Positions 1-12,290 are shown, numbered from the stretch's first letter. The stretch is DNA of 60,256 nt from Chiloscyllium plagiosum (GCF_004010195.1 NC_057735.1:11154420-11214675); one strand, 5' to 3'. The notes: generated by a model from the letters alone, not told the origin. Numbers and translations: made by a program.

Positions 1-335
1 TTTCCACTGATGGTTGAGTGCCGAACCAGAGGACACAGCTTACAAATATGGGGTAGACCATTTAGGACAGAGATGGGGAGAAACTTCTTCACCCAGAGAG
101 TGGTGGCTGTGTGGGATGCTCTGCCCCAGGGGGCAGTGGAGGCCCAGTCTCTGGATTCATTTAAGAAGGAGTTGGATAGAGCTCTCAAAGATAGTGGAAT
201 CAGGGGTTATGGAGATAAGGCAGGAACAGGATACTGATTAGGAATGATCAGCCATGATTATATTGAATGGCGGTGCAGGCTCGAAGGGCTGAATGGCCTA
301 CTCCTGCACCTATTGTCTATTGTCTATTGTCTATT
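1..335 (+). mobile_element. CR1-type LINE 3' end with (TATTGTC)n tail
   Basis: RNFFTQRVVAVWDALP..FKKELD ORF2 C-terminus, 3' UTR and tandem tail. Confidence 0.85.
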
Positions 336-714
336 GTTTCCAAGTGTTCTCCAGGAGATTACCCAACGTGTTGTTTCTGTTTTCCAGACAGAGCATTGCA
401 ATGGTCCTCGTTGGTTCAGTCTCTGGGTAATGACTCCAGTGACTCTCCTTCCATATTAAGGGTTAAGGTGGGGGCATTGCATTCAGTATTGTGGCTGGGG
501 ATGAGCAGGGTTGGTGAAGGGTGTCAGCTCCTTTGATCTTCAAAGAATAATGTCGTTAAGGTTAAATTCCACCCTCTGGCTCACTGTGGTCTCAGAAGCT
601 GGTTTCCGATATCCTCTTACTCATGTAACATCTTGTAGACATTGCAGTCCACACTTATTTCAAAGTGAGAAACAGAGCTGAGAGACTGACATCATGAACT
701 TTGTGAATAAATCA

Positions 715-751
715 ATGTGGACTTTGATTCTCCTCATCTGTTCCATTCCCA
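715..751 (+). pseudogene. Gene A leader exon (MWTLILLICSIP)
   Basis: ATG at 715 (in-frame ATG also at 694), donor GTGAGT at 752. Confidence 0.8.
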
Positions 752-1549
752 GTGAGTGATCATCTGAGTTGTATATTCAGATACCAAATGTTTGTTGAAG
801 TCCAATGTGTGGTTTATACAGTGGAAATGTTTAAATTGCTGAAGATGTATAAAGGGATAAAGGCAGAGCTTGTGACACAATGGGTAATATTGTTATTGCC
901 ATGTCAAATTCTGAGAGTTTGATTCTCATTCAGCACATTTTGCAAAGGAATGTGTATTCTCACAAAACCAAACAGGTTCATTGTCAACCTGCGAATCCTT
1001 CCAACATACCCAGGGTAGGGAGCAGGACTGGGAGGGTTTCCAAGTCATGCTTATTCAATGCAGAACAACACACCTCACATTGCAACAACTCAGGCAAGTG
1101 ATAAGCTGCAGAAAACAGACACAGCATTTGCTTTGTCTGTCCCATGCATACCTAAACAACATTACAAAATGTAATGCCTCTACTGAACATATTATCATCC
1201 CAGGTGACAGAGTTCCCAAATACTTCAGAGCAGCATTAATTATTAATTAAATAAAAAGGACAAATAATGTTGATTTTAAATCAAAAATAAAGCGTCAAAA
1301 TTATCTTAATTTGTCCAAAATTTTCAATGTTCAGTAGCCACTAAAACTGGGGTGGAAATAAGCCCTCAAACAAAACATCTTGAGTTTGCTTTTATTTCTG
1401 TTATTTTAGTTTAGAAATGCAGTTCATTAAGTATACATCTGTGAGGCTCAGTCACAAAAGCAGATGGACGTTTTACACTTCTCTTTGCATAACAAAGCTT
1501 TTTTTTCCTTTCAGTCTAACTTGAATCAAGTTGTTTACTATCTTTCAAT

Positions 1550-1757
1550 GGAGAAGGTGAGGTCTGCAGATGCTCGAGATCAGAGCTTAAAATGTGTTGC
1601 TGGAACAGCGCAGCAGGTCAGGCAGCATCCGGGGAACAGGAGAATCGACGTTTCGGGCATAAGCCCTTCTTCAGGAATCCCCTGAAGAAGGGCTTATGCC
1701 CGAAACGTCAATTCTCCTGTTACCTGGATGCTGCCTGACCTGCTGCTCTGTTCCAGC
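1550..1757. mobile_element. Penelope-like terminal fragment as an inverted repeat, 14-bp TSD
   Basis: Inverted arms about 1600-1676 and 1681-1757; TSD tactatctttcaat at 1536-1549 and 1758-1771; empty site in paralog near 43835-43860. Confidence 0.75.
1682..1710 (+). ncRNA. Minimal type I hammerhead ribozyme motif (PLE-associated)
   Basis: CTGAAGA-A-GGGC-TTAT-GCCC-GAAAC-GTC; antisense twin at about 1656-1674. Confidence 0.55.
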
Positions 1758-2946
1758 TACTATCTTTCAATCCCATTGGTTTACATGTTACAATGTAACA
1801 CCGCAATAAAAGTATTGTTCATCATTGCAATCTCTCCACTAGTGATTTTGAAACACTCAAGATTAAAATTCCCATGTTGCATTGACTCTAGGCTACAACG
1901 CAATGAATTCTGTTACATGAAACCTTCCTGAAACATGTTGTGGCTCTGACCCACCAACTTCATACAGAATACTTCACAGATAGAAACCTGAAGTGTGCAT
2001 CCCTCTGTTTTCACAATTCTCTTTCTTTCAAAGCTTCCTTTATCCAATAAGGTCTCTGTTTCCTGGCTTTCATCACCTTTCATCATTCATGTATCTTCCT
2101 CCCTTTCTTCTCTCTTCTCCACCTCTTCACTGAGGTTGAAAACCCTTTTTGTCATTTTGCTTGAAAATTCTTCCCCACACAAAGGGCGGTTCTCCCAACA
2201 AGCCTGTTAGTCTGCTATTTATTGAAGTAAATTTACCCCGTCATCAACAGGCTGCTCCTCTTCCCCACCGGGACACAATGTGGCAGCAATTTAAATATTT
2301 TCTCATTAAGCAACACTCAGCAAAATCAGTAAATAATTCTGTTATTTTTCTCTCCTCACACTGACAACAATGTGTGATTACAAACCATCCTGCCTTTACT
2401 GCCCTCAAGATCCTCCACATTGATGTCTCTCTCCCATCGTGAACCATCCCTTGCTGAACTTCAATTCTCTTCTTCTCCCATTATCTTCCTGGGTCACCTC
2501 GAGCCTTGGACATGTAGACCCTGAGCCCACCATGAGTCTACATACATCCCCCCCTCCTCCTTGGATGAATCTCTCCTTCTCCAGTTGGAGTAAGGACCCT
2601 TCAGCACCTGTGCCCTCCTTCACACTGATCCCCAGCCGACTCCAATCCAGGCCTGTCACTCAGGCTGCTCTCCAGGGGTGTGGCGGGGGGGGAAACATTT
2701 CGATGATGTCACACACGGTGGAGTTAGAGCCCACAGCGGGCAGCACAAACCCAATTTCAAGATTGTCCCAAAACTCGACCAGTGGGGTAAGAAAATATCC
2801 CGACTGTTTCGATCATTCCCTAGGAATTTGGAACAGCCTGACGCTGTGATAAGGGATTAACTTCACCATGAACAAGATACAATGTAGCTGATTAAAATGT
2901 ATTAAAGAGTTTTTTCCAGTTAATTTCTGAAATATTGTCTCCTCAG

Positions 2947-3261
2947 TTTCAGGTGCTTTATGGCCAGAGAAGCACGTTATGGGAATTTTGGGAAGAGCGA
3001 TCACAATATCTTGTCACTACGAAGCACGGTGGTATCAGTCACACATGAAATATTAGTATCACGGAAGGGCTCGTCAGTGTACGGTTATAGCAACGACAAA
3101 TTGGCCAAATGGGAGAATATCAATCACTGATAACAAAGCACAAGGAATATTTCTTGTCACAATCACGAATCTTCAATGGGGAAATGCCGGACGATACAGC
3201 TGTGGGATTGAGACTCCTGGCCTTGACCCAATGTTTAATGTAGAGCTGCACATCTCTGACG
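2947..3261 (+). pseudogene. Gene A V-set Ig exon with premature stop
   Basis: ISGALWPEKHVMGILGRAITISCHYEARWYQSHMKY*YHG...NAGRYSCG; W to TAG and C to Y in the KYWC motif. Confidence 0.9.
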
Positions 3262-3393
3262 GTAAATGTCTCAGTGATTTTTTAAAATTACCCTCAGCTG
3301 ATATCTGATCAGTGTTTTATCCAGGAAGAAAATTGACCAAGTGTTGAAGGATATTTGATTTTTGATCTCTCAATAATTGTTTCTTTCCCACAG

Positions 3394-3717
3394 AAGCTGT
3401 CTCTGTTCCTGGACTCCGATATTTATCCCCACCATATGTTTCATATTCTGGAGGTTCAGTGACAGTCTCCTGTGAGTCTGCCCGGGGATCTCTCCCCATT
3501 CACTACACATGGTCTGAGAAGACCCCTTCTCAAGATTTAAAGATATCTGACACCAATAAACCGGATCTACATTGTCAATCCTTCACACAGCAACATCATC
3601 AATATTACTGCACAGCCTCAAATACTCAGGGAACAAAACCCAGTGAAATTGTTCATGTCTCAGTCAGCAATGTAAGAGAGAAGAACTGCAGTTATAACAT
3701 AAAAGCCAATGGCATCG
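3394..3717 (+). pseudogene. Gene A C2/I-type Ig exon (frame open)
   Basis: cacag / gtaagt borders; ORF 3459..3740 VTVSCESARGSLPIHYTW..YYCTASN. Confidence 0.88.
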
Positions 3718-3950
3718 GTAAGTGTGATGCACATGTTTAACATCTCACTCTGCAAAACTGTAATGTATAAAATGCACTCCACTTGTTTCATTGTCACTTC
3801 TGATTTAAACCAATACTCTGTACTGCAGTTAGAAAATAAACAGGTACATAAAATACTATCCACAGCATGCATAAACCTTGCAACCACTCCAATAATCCCC
3901 ACAAATTAAAATAATGTTGAATTGACAGGCAATTTGCATTTTTCTAACAG

Positions 3951-4264
3951 GCCTCCACTCTGTTGTATCCAGATTTCGGACAAATATTGGGGATAGAGTG
4001 GAGATCAGTTGTACAATGAAATATCTGTAAATATTGCCTGCAGCCATTTCCTGATATGATCTGTTTGAGCTGTCAGAGAAGAAGCAAGTCAGCATCAAGT
4101 CGAAGTGACACCCGGGAACTGTATTTGGAACTATCAGCAGCAGCTCATGTGGCTGCACTCTCACTTCTGATGGCAGCATGTTGGGGGTTCCAGTTCCCCT
4201 TCGGGGTTAAAATTCAGCTGGATCCCACTGCCCAGCAGAGAGAAGTAATGCTGTGCTGTGGCAG
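3951..4264 (+). pseudogene. Possible fossil Ig-domain exon
   Basis: ttttctaacag acceptor; reads ...TNIGDRVEISCTMKYL*ILPAAIS*Y (C to [W] spacing 14); candidate donor cag/gtgaga; 314 nt. Confidence 0.35.
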
Positions 4265-4444
4265 GTGAGACAGTGTCGATGAGGTGATAAACTGAGAACC
4301 TGTTCCCCCTTTAGGAATGGCACCATATGTGAACTATTTGCAGAATAGAGGTTCTCCTGGTGTCCAAGCAAGCATTCATTCCTCAATCAATGTTATTAAA
4401 CACTTCAATGGCATTGGCTGCTGCAAATTAACTTCTACATATTA

Positions 4445-5905
4445 GACTCATAGAGTGACATAGATGTACAGCTTGGAAACAAACCCTTCGAACCAACCCG
4501 TCCATTCCAACCAGATATCCCAACTCAATCTAGCCCCACCTGCTAGCACCAGGCCAATATCTCTCCAAACCATTACTATTCAGAGACCCATCCAGTTGCC
4601 TTTTAACTGTTGCAATTGTAATAGCCTCCACCACTTCCTCTGGCAGCTCATTCCACACACGTACCACCCTCTGCGTGAAAAATCTGCCAAGTTGGCCCCT
4701 TTATATCATTCGCTTCTCACCCTAAACCTATGCCTTCTACTTCTAGAATCCCCCACGCCAATGAAGATACTTTGACCATTTATCCAATCCATGCTCCTCA
4801 TGATTTTGCAGACCTCGATAAGGTCAGCCCTCAGCCTCCAATGCTCCAGGGAAAACAGCCCCTGCCTATTTAAATTATCCTGATAGCTCATATCCTCCGA
4901 CCTTGGCAACATCCTTGTAAATCTTTTCTGAACCCTTTCAGATTTCACAACATCCTTCTGCTGAGAAGGAGACCAGAGTTGCACGCAATATTCCAAAAGT
5001 CGCCTAACCAATGTCCTGTAAAGCTGCAATATGACCTCTCAACTCCTGTACTCAATACTCTGACCAAGAAAGGAAAGCATACCAAACACTTTCTTCACAA
5101 TCCCATCCACCTGAAACTCCACTTTGAAGGAGCTATGAACCTGCACTCAATGGTCTCTTTGTTCATGAAGTGATAAGTCCTGCTAAGATTTGCTTTCCCA
5201 AAATGCAGCACTTCACATGTATGTAAATTAAACCCCACCTGCCACTTCTCAGCCCATTGGTCCATCTGATCAAGATACTGTTGTAATCTGAGGTAAGCTT
5301 CTTCGCTGTCCACTACACCTCCAATTTTGGTGTCATCTGCAAACTTACTAACTGTACCTCTTAGGCTCATACCCAAATCATTTATATAACTGATAAAAAG
5401 TAGTGGACCACGCACTGAGCCTTGTGACACTCCATTGGTCACAGGCCTCCACTCTGAAAAACAAACTTCCACCACCACCTTCTGTCTTCTACCTTTGAGC
5501 CAGTTGTGTTTAGTTCTCCCTATATTCCATGAGATCTAACCTTGCTAACCAGTCTCCTGGGGGAAACCTTGTCAAATATACAAGTCCATATAGGTCACGT
5601 CCACTGCTCTGCCCTCATCAATCCTCTTTGTTACTACTTCAAAAAGCTCAATCAAGTTTGTGAGACATGATTGAATATGCACAAAGCCATGTTGACGATC
5701 CCTGATCAGTCCTTGCCTTTCCAAATACATGTACATCCTGTCCCTCAGGATTCCCTCCAACAACTTGCCCACTACTGATGTCAGGCTCACTGGTCTGTAG
5801 TTCCCTGGCTTGTCCTATACCACCTTTCTTAAACAGTGGCACCACATTCGCCAACCTCCAGTCTGCCAGCACTTCACCTGTGATTGTTGATGATACAAAT
5901 ATCTC
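4445..5905 (-). mobile_element. CR1 LINE, 5'-truncated (RT and 3' end)
   Basis: RT fragments QGSVRGPLLF, KFADDTK, LEYCVQLWSP; 3' UTR near 4445. Confidence 0.9.
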
Positions 5906-5907
5906 AG

Positions 5908-6240
5908 CAAGTCCACCAGTTTCCTCATTTCCCCTCCCCCACCTTACCCCAGTTACAACCCTCCAACTCAGCACCATCCGCAATACCTGCCCCACCTGCC
6001 AATCTCCCTTCCCACCTCTCCGCTCCACTCTCCTCTCTGACCTATCACCTCTGTCACCTCCCCCATTTACCTATTGTACTCTTTGCTACCTTCTCCCCAG
6101 CCCCACCCCACCCCATTTATCTTACCACCCTGGAGACTTCCTGCCTCTATTCCTGATGAAGGTCTTTTGCCCGAAACGTCGATTTTCCTGCTCCTCGGAT
6201 GCTGCCTGACATGCTGTGCTTTTCCTGCACTACTCTAACC
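5908..6240 (+). mobile_element. Penelope-like element 3'/pLTR fragment with hammerhead motif
   Basis: C/T-rich tract then CTGATGAAGGTCTTTTGCCCGAAACGTCG at 6153-6181. Confidence 0.65.
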
Positions 6241-6249
6241 AAAATTATA

Positions 6250-7570
6250 GATCTGAGTCTGACATCAGTGGTGGGTAAGTTTTTGAAGGGGATTTTGAGA
6301 GATCAGATTTACAGGCATTTAGAGAGGCAAGAACTGATTAGGGATAGTATGCAGGAAAACGTGCGTTCTAAACTTGATTGAGTTTTTTGAGAACGTAGCC
6401 AAAAACGTTGCGAGAGCAAAGCAGTAGATGTTGTCTATATGGACTTTAGGAACAAGGTTCCACATGGTAGACTGAGTCATAAAGTTAGATCACATGGGAT
6501 TCAGGGTGAGCTTGCCAATTGAATCAAAATTAGCTTGATGGCAGGAGACAGAGGGTGATGGTGGATGGTCATTTGTTTGGATTGGAGGCCTGTGATCAGT
6601 AGTGTTCTGCAGGGATCAGTGTAATTTATACAACAATTTGAATGAGAAATTAGAAGACATGGTTAGTAAGTTCATGGATGGCACCAAAATTGGTGTTATT
6701 GTTGACAGTGACAAAGGTTATCTACGATTGCAAAGGGATCTTGATCAATTGGTCCAATGGACTGAGGAGTGGCAGATGGAGTTTTGTTTGGATCAATGTG
6801 AGGTGTAGCCTTTTGGTAAAACAAACAAGGACAGGACTAATACAATTAAAAGTAGGGCCCTGGGTAGTGCTGTCGAACAGAGAGACCCAGGGGATCTTTA
6901 AAATTTACACCAGAGATAGACAGGGTGTTTCAGAAGGTACTTAGCATGCTCACAATCATTTCTCAGACCATTGAGTGTCGGAGTTGGAACATCACGCTGC
7001 ACCTGTACAGAATGATGGTGAGGCCACTTTTGGATTACTGTGTACAGTTTGAATCAACCTGCTTCAGGAAGATTATTATTAAATTAAAGATTTATTAAGA
7101 TGCACAGAAGATTTCCTAAGATGTTGCTGTGACTGGAGGGTTTGAGTGGTAAGTATAGGCTGGGACCTTTTCCCCTTGAGCGGAGGAGGTTGGGAGGTGA
7201 CTTTATCGAGGTTTATAAAATCATGAGGAGTCGAGATAAGGTGTTTAGCAAAGGTTGCTTTCACTAGGCTGGGAGAGTTCAAAGTGAGGGGTCATGTTTT
7301 CACGGTGAGAGGAGAAAGATGTAAAATGAACCTGAGGGGCAACATTCTCACACAGAGGGTGGCTCATATGTGGAATGAGCTGCCAGAGGACATGGGAGAT
7401 GACGGGTCAGTTGCAACGTTAAAAAGACATTTCGATCAGTACATAAATAAGAAAGATTTGGAGGGCATGAGCCAAATGCAAACAAGTGGGACTGGTGTGT
7501 TTTGAGAAACTTGTTCATCGCGGATGTATTAAACTGGAGGGACTATTTCTGTGCCATATGAGTCTATGAC
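6250..7570 (+). mobile_element. Older CR1 LINE shared with gene C intron
   Basis: Degenerate RT (SLTSVVGK, KFMDGTK, TQRVAHMWNELP); counterpart at about 39003-40830. Confidence 0.85.
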
Positions 7571-7649
7571 AGTGAATGGGATAATGAAGGGAAAAGTGTT
7601 GGTGGTTTTTGGATTTTCAAATATAGTCAGTTTTCTAATAAATGGTTAT

Positions 7650-7978
7650 TTTCCAAAAAGGAAAGTTTCCTGAACTTCAATTATAATCACAACCTAATGT
7701 CTCATGCTCTGGGGGTTTAGTCACACTCTCCTGTGAGTCTGTCCGAGGATTCCTCCTCATTCACGTCACATGGTCTGAGAAGACCCCATTTCCCGATTCA
7801 ATGATCTCTGACACCAACAAACTGGATCTACATCGTCAATCCCTCACACCACAACATCATCAATATTACTGCACAGTCTCAAATTCTCAGGGAACAAAAC
7901 CCAATGAAATTGTTCATGTCTCAGTTCCCAGTGTAGCAGAGAGGGGCTCTAGTTCCATGGTATAAATCAACAGCATCG
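7650..7978 (+). pseudogene. Dead duplicate of the second Ig exon in gene A
   Basis: LVTLSCESVRGFLLIHVTW...YYCTVSN with two TAA stops and a degraded 5' end; gtaagt donor retained. Confidence 0.85.
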
Positions 7979-8421
7979 GTAAGTTTTATACAAATACTGA
8001 GGCTGACACATTCATTCAATCTTCATTCAAACTGCTCATTGCATAAGTTTCTTGTGTAACTACCAACAACTGCACCACATCACATTACATCTCTTTGACC
8101 TTTGAATAATTATGAACAAGGCATTGATTTACTTTCAAAAATGGAATCAATTGTAATGCAGCTCCAGATTATGTATTAATGCTGAACTCTACCTCAGTGT
8201 TACGTCTCACAGCTTGTATGTGCTCTGCCTTTAGTAGACAAAACCATTGCTGTGTCATAGCATGTGATGTGAGGGGACAATAGTGTCTGGCTCAATCTTA
8301 GTTGGTGTCACTTCCAGCATGACATGCTGTTGGAAGTGTTCCACTGTATGTAACTGAATACCTCAGTTTTAGTTCAGATCCTGAAGTGCCTGTGGCTGTG
8401 AGACATATTTAGGCCAGACTT

Positions 8422-8507
8422 TATATTTGTGAAGTCTTTTCAACAATTTCAACAACAACGTCACCAAGAATAAGAACATCTTCAGGAACCAAGTCTGTCA
8501 GCAAAAG
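8422..8507 (+). pseudogene. Gene A stalk exon remnant
   Basis: YICEVFSTISTTTSPRIRTSSGTKSVSK plus AG/gtagaa; upstream intron and acceptor deleted relative to gene C. Confidence 0.7.
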
Positions 8508-8635
8508 GTAGAACATTTTCATTGTTGATATTTCATTGATTCCAAGTGAGAATAAGTGACTTAACATAAATAATTTTCAATTTCAGACTATAATTTATCA
8601 GAATGGAAATGGTGGCTGAATTTATACAGTGCAAC

Positions 8636-8930
8636 TATAGAGTCATTGAAATGTACCAAACCTCAGGTCCAACTCTTCCATGCCGACCGGATTTCCTCAG
8701 CTAATCTACTCCCATTTGCCAGTACTTGGTCCATGCCCCTGTAAACCCTTCTAGATCCATAGAGCTATCCAGATGCCTTTTCAATGTTGTAATTCTACCA
8801 GTGTCCACCATTTCCTGTGGCAGCTCATTCCATACACACACCTTACTCTGGGTGAAAACATTGCCCCTTAGGTCTCTTTTAAACTTTCCTCTCACACCCT
8901 AAACATATAACCTCTAGTTCTGGACTTCCG
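8636..8930 (-). mobile_element. CR1 3' fragment
   Basis: RGNVFTQSKVCVWNELP ORF2 end plus 3' UTR. Confidence 0.8.
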
Positions 8931-9726
8931 TTACCTGTCTTACAATGTTGCTATTTATGTAATTGGAAATTCATAACAGCAAGTACAAATTTTCTGTTTG
9001 CAACCTCCCAGATTGAGGTGCTGTTTTCAGCAATAAAATTCAATACTTCATTATTTATCTCAGCTCATGGTATTTTTTAAAGACCGGCAATGAGAGCTTT
9101 TTTTAAGCCGGGGTGTTCTGGAGTATCACTGACAGGGACATTACACTCTCTGTTGGCTTCTGCTCTTCCATCCTCTTCTTATACATTATTCCCAAACTGA
9201 GAGGGTGGGAAGCTATTTGGTTCCAGCTGGTTAAGCCTTGCCTGTTAGAAGGTGCAAGGAGCAGTGAGGGATGATGATATTCTGAGTTCCTCACTCACTG
9301 AAGAGACATCTCACCCACTGGAATATCACACCAGACTGCAGTGCCACCTGTAAATGTCCACCCATTTAACCTTATAATCCACATGTATGACATTGGGCTG
9401 ACCATTCCAGGACATGTTACTGCAACTTGTTTCATTTGACCTTTATCTGTTGTTCATTTCTGTGGCTGTAAGGTACACTTAGACCAGAGGCTGTTCTAAA
9501 CATCTGTGATTTGTCAGGACTGCAATAGCCACACCTTGTCTACATGTGACAAGCGCTAACATAAAGACTGCCTCATCAGGTTTAAATACCATGACAGGAC
9601 GTACTACAGTACTAAAACTTGTTTCTTTTGACTGTTATCTGTTGTTCATGTCAGTAATAAATTAAACTGCAATTTAATTTTCCCACATTACTCACTGAGC
9701 TGTGCTGCTTTACTTTGCTACAATAT

Positions 9727-10617
9727 ACTAATGTCCTGTACAGCAGCAACATGACATCCCAACCCCTGTCCTCAATGCTCTGACCAATAAAGGAAAGCAT
9801 ACCAAACGCCTTCTTCACTATCCTATCTACTTGCGACTCCACTTTCAAGGGTCTATGAACCTGCACTCCAAGGTCTCTTTGTTCAGCAACACTCCCGAGG
9901 ACCTTACCGTTAAGTGTATAAGTCCTGCTAAGATTTGCTTTCCCAAAATGCAGCACCTCGCATTTATCTGAACTAAACTCCATCTGCCACTTCTCAGCCC
10001 ATTGGCCCAATAGTCCAGATCCTGTTGTAATCTGTGGAAGCCTCTTCACTGTCCACTACACCTCCAAATCCACTGTTGGAGTATTGCGTGCAATTCTGGT
10101 CTCCTTCCTATCGGAAAGATATTGTGAAACTTGAAAGGATTCAGAAAAGATTTACAAGGATGTTGCCAGGGTTGGAGGATTTGAGCTATAGGGAGAGGCT
10201 GAACAGGCTGGGGCTGTTTTCCCTGGAGCGTCGGAGGCTGAGTGGTGACCTTATAGAGGTTTACAAAATTATGCAGGGCATGGGCAGGACAAATAGACAA
10301 AGTCTTTTCCCTGGGATCGGGGAGTCCAGAACTCGAGGGCATAGGTTTAGGGTGAGAGGGGAAAGATATTAAAGAGACCTAAGGGGCAACCTTTTCACAC
10401 AGAGGGTGGTAAGTGTATGGAATGAGCTGCCAGAGGATGTGGTGGAGGCTGATACATTTAAGAGGCATCTGGATGGGTATATGATTAGGAAGGGTTTGGA
10501 GGGATGTGGACCGGGTGCTGACAGGTGGGACTAGATTGGGTTGGGATATCTGGTCGGCATGGACAGGTTGGACCAAAGGGTCTGTTTCCATGCTGTACAT
10601 CTCAATGACTCTATGAC
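9727..10617 (+). mobile_element. CR1 LINE with inverted 5' part
   Basis: 9727 to about 10068 is minus-strand RT sequence; about 10069-10617 continues the same ORF2 on the plus strand to the ATGACTCT tail; absent from paralogs. Confidence 0.85.
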
Positions 10618-10709
10618 CCTATTCTGCAGTGTAAACAGGGGATAAATGTTTGAAACATCAAACAGTCTTGTTTCCTTCAAATGATTTTGTATTTCTCCAT
10701 TTTGCACAG

Positions 10710-10800
10710 TTGCGTTGTCTGGGATGTTGTACGCTGGGTACTCTTCACTCTCCTGGTGATTTGTTCTGTTTCAGTCACAATGTTTACACGAAAACATTAG
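10710..10800 (+). pseudogene. Gene A transmembrane exon
   Basis: gcacag acceptor; CVVWDVVRWVLFTLLVICSVSVTMFTRKH* then gtgagc. Confidence 0.85.
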
Positions 10801-10924
10801 GTGAGCATCATGGCCTTTACATGAATGATTTTGAGCACTCTAAGTTCCCCATCAATGAGGTGGCCCTGGGTGGAGGGGTTTCGAAGCAGGAGACACAGTT
10901 TGAGAAGAATGGGTTGACCATTTG

Positions 10925-11400
10925 GGACTGAGATGAGCAGGAATTTCTTCACTCAGAGGGTGTTGTTTTTTTGGAATTCTCTGCCCCAGAGAGCTCTGGG
11001 GGCTCCAGCCTTGTGTATATTCAAAACAGAGATCAATAATGTTCTGGGTAATAAAAATATACTATAGAGGGACATGCAGGATAGTGCAAGAAAGCATGGT
11101 ATTCAAGTGCTCTGATCTAGGTGAATGCTGAAGGAGCCTCGAGGGGCTGAATGGCCTACTCGGGTCCTGCCTCATCTCTATCCATGATGACCTCATGCTG
11201 TTAAATGCTGTCATTGTACCAGCATCCACCACTTCCTCTGGCAGCTCGTTTCATACACACACATACCCTCTGTGTGAAAAGGTTACTCCTCAGGTCATTT
11301 TGAAATCTTTTCCCTCTCACCTTCAACCTATGACCTCTAGATCTGGACACTGCCAGAGAGGAAAAATACCTTGGCTGTTCACCCTGTCCATGCCGTCGTT
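10925..11400. mobile_element. Two old LINE 3' fragments in opposite orientation, duplicated with the gene unit
   Basis: RNFFTQRV-type segment (+) and SNLFTQRV-type segment (-); copies at about 35905-36395 and 55065-55545. Confidence 0.7.
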
Positions 11401-11739
11401 TAAATCTCATTGGATAATATAGTCATGTGTCCTAATCTGGAACGAAGAAAATGTAAATGTTGTTGGGTAGAGAGACAAGTGAGTTAGTGTCTCATTAACG
11501 AGGTGAATGTAATCAGACAAGTACATTTTAAAGGGCCACTTGGGTTTGGTATTTCTGTAATGCACTGCATGGCGAACAGTGGAAGACAGCAATTCTCAGT
11601 TGCAATGCTCATACACTGAATTGTCAGTCTGTGAGGGGATACACTGCAATGTGCAGGGTGCTTGGTTGTGCCAATGACATTTGGATGAGGATACACACTT
11701 CGGACATGGGCTTATGACATGGTCAACATTTCCCCTAAA

Positions 11740-12290
11740 TTTTCACAAACACATACACACATATACATCGATGGGGTGAAATGCATTTGCAAATTTGTAT
11801 TTGCAGATGCTTTTTATTTTGTTCAAAAAGCACACAATCTATAGACAGTCAGACAATGTAACATTTTATAAATTCCTACTTTCAAAATAAAATGAGTCTG
11901 ACTCCAGGTTGGGACACAGACACTAACCTCATCCCTTTACTGCATTGCCTGAGCTGAGATGTCACATTTTTATTGACGGATAAAACCTAAAGATATTCTG
12001 GGATATTCTGGGAAATTCTGGGATTTACATATTAATCAATCGAAACCTGCATCCCCATTCTACGTGATTACAGACTCCACAGCAATCTCGGTTTCTCTAA
12101 CACATTGCATCCGTTGTGTGTCCCTTTGATCTTTTACTTATCGATGCTGTATCCTTTGTATCCTGCCCCACTCACTCCCTGACAAAGGAGTAGTGCTCTG
12201 AAAGCTTGTATTTTCAAATGAACCTGTTGGACTATAACCTGGTGTTGTGTGATTTTCAGCTTTGTCCACCCCAGTCCAACAGCAGCCCTC
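11740..12290 (+). mobile_element. Penelope-like fragment (second family), degenerate hammerhead-like terminus
   Basis: cctgacaaaggagtagtgctctgaaagcttg...cctgttggactataacctggtgttgtgtg; copies at about 29190-29750, 47995-48430 and 53180-53710 (-). Confidence 0.5.

Larger units (their letters stand above)
715..10800 (+). pseudogene. Gene A: pseudogenised paralog of gene C
   Basis: Leader 715-751, V 2947-3261 (TAG at 3054-3056 in KYWC), C2 3394-3717 (open), dead duplicate exon about 7650-7978, stalk about 8422-8507 lacking an in-phase acceptor, TM 10710-10800. Confidence 0.85.
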
